The notes below the pieces were generated by a model. It worked only from the letters and a program-made list of their open reading frames with translations. It was not told where the DNA came from and ran no database searches. The position numbers were made by a program, and so were the translations under genes. From IMG/VR virus record IMGVR_UViG_3300037245_004196: a stretch of DNA of 20,000 nt. One strand, written 5' to 3'. Positions 16,613-20,000 of this stretch are shown piece after piece (the stretch's first letter is position 1; each line of letters starts with the position of its first letter). The DNA comes from an uncultured virus (IMG/VR IMGVR_UViG_3300037245_004196) (Duplodnaviria; Heunggongvirae; Uroviricota; Caudoviricetes).

Positions 16613-16732
16613 TCATTCAGAATAGAGATCACTTTATGCGCGCAATTTTGAAGTATTTTTGTCGGCATTTTGTCGAAATAAAAGGGGGCGGGGTAACGTA
16701 ATTATATATATTGGGCGTGCTTTTAGTTCATT

Positions 16733-17308
16733 ATGTACTTAGATTTGGTGTTTGATATAGAGGAAATCATGAATTTCCCGAATAATATGGGATTAACGGA
16801 GAAAGAGCGGAGGCTTAACTCTTTTAATTATCGGATGTTAAATAAAGGGATGAAAGGGGAGCAACTTCGAGTTAAGCATGTAGGGCGACGGGTATGCTAT
16901 CCTGGCACGCCTAAGCAACGTAGGGCAATACGAAAGGATTTATCACAATTTTTGGATTATCTCGATTTTCCCAAGACTTTAAGAAATGAGAAATCTAATG
17001 TCTATAAAGTGGTGCGTGCTATGTTTATCTATCAGTATATTGCACGTAAAAATAATTTACTCTTCAAGATTGAGCGAGATAGGATATTAAGAGCGATTGA
17101 TGAGCAAGCGATTATGATTGAGAAGTTTAAGATAGGATTAAGCTTTGAGTATAACTTAATCAATCAAATTATGATGGTGCTCTATAAGGATAAGCAAGCA
17201 ATAGATGAGCAAAATAATAATTGTGCCCACACAATACAGCACCTTAAGGATCTCCTTAATACTGAAACGAACTTAAGATATATCAAACGTATTGAATCCC
17301 TACTATAG
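16733..17308 (+). CDS. Lone + strand gene; possibly a degenerate TFB first cyclin repeat
   Basis: 191-aa ORF with TTATATAT at 16702 upstream (alternative ATG 16769 with GAGG). LSQFLDYLDFPKTLRNE..VYK and AMFIYQYIARKNN loosely fit TFB repeat 1. Confidence 0.5.
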   Translation: MYLDLVFDIEEIMNFPNNMGLTEKERRLNSFNYRMLNKGMKGEQLRVKHVGRRVCYPGTPKQRRAIRKDLSQFLDYLDFPKTLRNEKSNVYKVVRAMFIYQYIARKNNLLFKIERDRILRAIDEQAIMIEKFKIGLSFEYNLINQIMMVLYKDKQAIDEQNNNCAHTIQHLKDLLNTETNLRYIKRIESLL

Positions 17309-17355
17309 TTATACTAAATTATATTTGTATATTTTTTTGTTGTTTTTGTATAACT
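17307..17355. promoter_or_regulatory. Second copy of the 12275-12332 operator-like element
   Basis: AGTTATACTA-AATTATATTTGTATA-TTTTTTTGTTGTTTTTGTATAACT aligns to 12275-12332 with a 9-bp gap. Confidence 0.6.
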
Positions 17356-18119
17356 CTCCTCTCCTGAGTCTCCCCTGGGTGTATGGCCACAAAAACAGGG
17401 TGTCATTACATTTCATTTATGGATCTTCATAGTCTTATGAAAAGCACAAGGCCCCCCATCGTTTTGGCTGGGCCCGGGATTCTTCCCGCAAAGTTGCTAC
17501 ACTGACGGGAAAAATAATAAAGGCAGATTAAGACGAATTTATGCAACATAAAAAAATAAAAAAAAAAAATAAAAAAAAAAATAGAATTGAGGAAAACCTG
17601 AGGGAAAAAGGGTAAAAAGACAGTACATTTTTGTAGGATGTAGTAAATTGGAATCTTTCCAATAGACATTTTGGAGGGTAATTGTTCGCGAGAGAAAAGG
17701 AGTTGTGGGGTGACATTAGGATAAGGTTAGGGGGAGTAGAGAGTATTATTTAATGTGTATATATATATATATATCTTATTAATATTAATGTCTATGTGGT
17801 TGTATTAGAGATAATGAGTATCATTCTCTTATATTTATTTATTTTGTTATGAAATGAGTATGCCTCGCGTAATGCGGAAAAAGATTTATTTTTTTCTTTT
17901 CTTCTCCCCATAGGGGCTTACCCCCGAAAACACAACTTTTTGCAGCTCGAGGTGTTTTTCGCTCTCTACTGAATCCCCAAGTTGTTAGTCGGGATCTGTC
18001 GGAGCTGCAAAACAGCTGCAAAAGTCTTATAATTTCTTAGAATGATTCCTATGCGAGGAGTCCTCGATTAAAAAGCCTGTAGGGTCTTAAAATGCATAAT
18101 CAAAAATACACCAGTGTAA

Positions 18120-18296
18120 ACGAGAAAATTAAAGTGTATTTAGATGAAATAAGAGGTGAATATTCACAACACGATTGGAATTATTCTAAGAAGGATCGTT
18201 AGAAAGTTTCTTAGAAAGTTTCTCCTTTGGTGAAGTCGGAGATAATGGTGAAAATGGATTTAGGCAGATAAAAAATAATTAAGAGTGAATTAATGT
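18120..18296 (-). repeat. Inverted copy of the 11-bp repeat array
   Basis: 18258-18269 is the reverse complement of 16593-16604, and 18284-18296 of 16554-16566. Palindrome GTGAATATTCAC at 18156-18167. Tandem TTAGAAAGTTTC x2 at 18199-18222. Confidence 0.65.
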
Positions 18297-18409
18297 GTTT
18301 CGATATTTTAAGCAATTCCACAGATCCTGGATTTTATTTTTCAAGTGAAAATGACATTTTTTAAAATACGGACACCAAGCTTTGCATGCGTTCATTTTAA
18401 TTTTTCACC

Positions 18410-18676
18410 TTATGAAAATATTTGTTTCATCATTAAACCTACCAGGAAAAATAATAACATTGTATTGAGAATTGTTAAATATTTAAGGATATTTATTTGG
18501 ACTATATTCTGATCAAATTTAATTATTTTATTTTTTGATCTAAATTTTATCCATTCTAAATTTTTATCTTCATCCTCTTTCCAATTAATTTTATATTTTT
18601 TCATTAATTTTTTAATTAATTTTTTTCTCCTTTTTTTCAATTCTATTATTTGATTTTTATATGCTTCCTCGCTCAT
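18410..18676 (-). CDS. Basic protein with C-terminal transmembrane segment
   Basis: GGAG RBS; hydrophobic ILNTMLLFFLVGLMM. Confidence 0.6.
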   Translation of the reverse strand: MSEEAYKNQIIELKKRRKKLIKKLMKKYKINWKEDEDKNLEWIKFRSKNKIIKFDQNIVQINILKYLTILNTMLLFFLVGLMMKQIFS

Positions 18677-18723
18677 TTTAATCTCCTTGTTGTTTGGTGG
18701 TTAAAAAATAAAAAAATATTTGA

Positions 18724-19065
18724 TCATAAATATTTTGTTAACAAATATGTGGTAGTAATAGATATAATAACAAGAATAATATCACGCATCAATCTGTTAT
18801 TATACCATCTGCTTTTCTTTATTTTAGGCTTTATTTTTATATAAATAGAACCACCAATCAAATCATTAAATCTTGGTTTTAAATCGGTTCTAAATATTTC
18901 TAATCCATATTTATTTAGAATTATTTCCATTTTTGCTAAATCACCCCTCCACATAAAAAATTCAAGTTTGAACATATTTACAACCAAATTAATACGTAAA
19001 TTCTCGCTAAACCCTAATTCATCAATACAGATTGATTTCATCTTATTTATATCTATTTTTTCCAT
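18724..19065 (-). CDS. Protein with C-terminal transmembrane segment
   Basis: GTGA RBS before ATG 19065; DIILVIISITTTYLL. Confidence 0.6.
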   Translation of the reverse strand: MEKIDINKMKSICIDELGFSENLRINLVVNMFKLEFFMWRGDLAKMEIILNKYGLEIFRTDLKPRFNDLIGGSIYIKIKPKIKKSRWYNNRLMRDIILVIISITTTYLLTKYL

Positions 19066-19201
19066 TCTTTTCACTTCCTTTTTTTATCCTTTTAAGGACT
19101 CCTTCATGTAAAACTATGCCACACCAAGGGCAATATTTATAATGGTTCCATGTGCCTCGTTGACAGTGGGGGCAAAAAATAATTTGATGATCTTCGCTCA
19201 T
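19043..19201 (-). CDS. Small Zn-ribbon protein (52 aa)
   Basis: Read by hand: FCPHC...YKYCPWCG; ATGA overlap. Confidence 0.65.
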   Translation of the reverse strand: MSEDHQIIFCPHCQRGTWNHYKYCPWCGIVLHEGVLKRIKKGSEKNGKNRYK

Positions 19202-19395
19202 TCTTCATCCCATTCAACATAAACTTTGATGTTTTTCAATTCTTTAAATTTTTTAAAAAATTCATCTAATTTATTTTTCCTTCCTGGATCATAAATCATA
19301 CATTCAAAAATAACTTTAGGACGATATCCTGGATCTAAAGGCATTCTTTCCGCTTTAATTACATGTAAATCAATTCGTTTTCTCATTTTTCTCAT
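19198..19395 (-). CDS. Hypothetical protein
   Basis: Start moved to ATG 19395 (ATGA overlap). Confidence 0.55.
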   Translation of the reverse strand: MRKMRKRIDLHVIKAERMPLDPGYRPKVIFECMIYDPGRKNKLDEFFKKFKELKNIKVYVEWDEE

Positions 19396-19589
19396 CCGGA
19401 TGTCAGTAAGAGCAGCATAATCAAGATAAAATTTAAGATTGCAAAATTCTCTCTTAGATGTTTTCCAACAATATTCCAATCGAATGGAATTTTATTATGA
19501 GTAAATTCTTTCCAATTTCTGTAAAATTCTTCTTCTGCATTTTTCCAATAATACTTTTCTATAAATAATTTAACCTGTTTTTTTCTCAT
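19392..19589 (-). CDS. Small protein with hydrophobic C-terminus
   Basis: GGAGG RBS; FAILNFILIMLLLL. Confidence 0.55.
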   Translation of the reverse strand: MRKKQVKLFIEKYYWKNAEEEFYRNWKEFTHNKIPFDWNIVGKHLRENFAILNFILIMLLLLTSG

Positions 19590-19590
19590 A

Positions 19591-19899
19591 TTATTCTACC
19601 TCCCATCTTTTTTTCTGTTCAGTTGTCCAATTATCTGAATTCTTTGACCATTCTGCTGTTGGAATTTGTTGATTCAATTTTTGATAACAATTCTCACATG
19701 TCTCTTCACAATCATCTTTATGAAAGGGCATTCCAGGAAATTCTTTCTTATATTGAATCATTTCATCTTTTTTACTCATTTGTTTGGTAAATTTTTTATG
19801 GCACATAGCACACCTAAACGTCCCCCATTTAATTAGACACCATAATTCTTTAAACCACACTTTCATAAAATTTTTAAATTGTTTTTTTCTCATTTTCAT
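19591..19899 (-). CDS. Hypothetical Zn-binding protein
   Basis: CAMC...CENCY; GGTGA RBS. Confidence 0.65.
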   Translation of the reverse strand: MKMRKKQFKNFMKVWFKELWCLIKWGTFRCAMCHKKFTKQMSKKDEMIQYKKEFPGMPFHKDDCEETCENCYQKLNQQIPTAEWSKNSDNWTTEQKKRWEVE

Positions 19900-19999
19900 T
19901 TTTCACCCTTTTTAATTGACTTAGTTTTGTATAAGAGTAACGTGGATATGTTTTTCCATTATATCCTTCATATTTCTCATCTGTTTTATTCCTTTGTTT
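19874..19999 (-). CDS. C-terminal fragment of a gene starting beyond the window
   Basis: Open frame KQRNKTDEKYEGYNGKTYPRYSYTKLSQLKRV... ending at TAA 19874. Confidence 0.4.
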   Translation of the reverse strand, partial: KQRNKTDEKYEGYNGKTYPRYSYTKLSQLKRVKNENEKKTI

Positions 20000-20000
20000 T

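Larger units (their letters stand above)
1..20000. mobile_element. Segment of a probable archaeal (Asgard/Lokiarchaeia-like) virus or MGE: replication, modification and early-gene region
   Basis: Long runs of short, translationally coupled (ATGA/TAATG overlaps) orphan ORFs. Two MTases, radical SAM, ASCH, HD and ERCC4 proteins. Archaeal-type PCNA, RHH and TFB-like genes. No housekeeping operons. No virion genes in the window, so virus vs plasmid is unresolved. Confidence 0.75.

Noticed and set aside
16671..16693. Resemblance to an archaeal ORB G-string (GAAATAAAAGGGGG)
   Set aside because: It lacks the TCCA half of the ORB, is single-copy, and no orc1/cdc6 gene is in the window.
16581..17539. 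IS or invertible cassette bounded by inverted repeats around the lone gene
   Set aside because: The gene has no transposase or recombinase motifs, no target-site duplication is seen, and the repeats belong to the wider 11-bp array.
17427..18021. Minus-strand ORFs 17427-17669, 17528-17716 and 17839-18021
   Set aside because: Poly-Phe runs come from A-tracts, starts lack RBS support, and the region looks non-coding and structured.
10637..18844. Plus-strand ORFs 10637-10837, 11959-12153, 14841-15023, 16269-16481 and 18650-18844
   Set aside because: They are antisense to well-supported minus-strand genes.
19395..19893. Repeated MRKKQ/MRKMRK N-termini in adjacent genes
   Set aside because: Similarity ends after five residues and is explained by A-rich start context.

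Overview
AT-rich, densely packed segment of what is most likely an archaeal virus or other mobile element. The host is inferred to be Asgard (Lokiarchaeia-like) from the PCNA with an acidic tail, tandem 'GLYPSRSELIRVAVR'-type RHH proteins, an XPF/ERCC4 nuclease, TFB-like cyclin-fold proteins, GGTGA/GGAGG ribosome-binding motifs and TTTAAATA boxes. A + strand block (1-9938) encodes an HD hydrolase, an ERCC4 nuclease, two RHH regulators, an N4/N6 MTase, a DUF4406/NDT-like protein, ASCH, radical SAM, a C5 MTase and many tiny Zn-finger ORFs. It converges at a GC hairpin terminator with a - strand block (10031-16354) carrying PCNA, a TFB-like protein, an AbrB-like protein and small early-type genes. 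Next is an origin-like region (about 16450-18300) with inverted arrays of 11-bp repeats around one + strand gene, then another - strand block of small genes. The most notable signals are: (i) an unannotated 36-aa basic peptide resembling the eukaryotic histone H3 N-terminal tail; (ii) a canonical PIP box at the C-terminus of the C5 MTase, about 1 kb from a PCNA with a ~130-aa acidic/coiled-coil extension; (iii) a duplicated operator-like element after both TFB-like genes. No capsid, terminase, integrase, CRISPR, tRNA or rRNA was recognised. All family calls are by eye from motifs; no database search was run.
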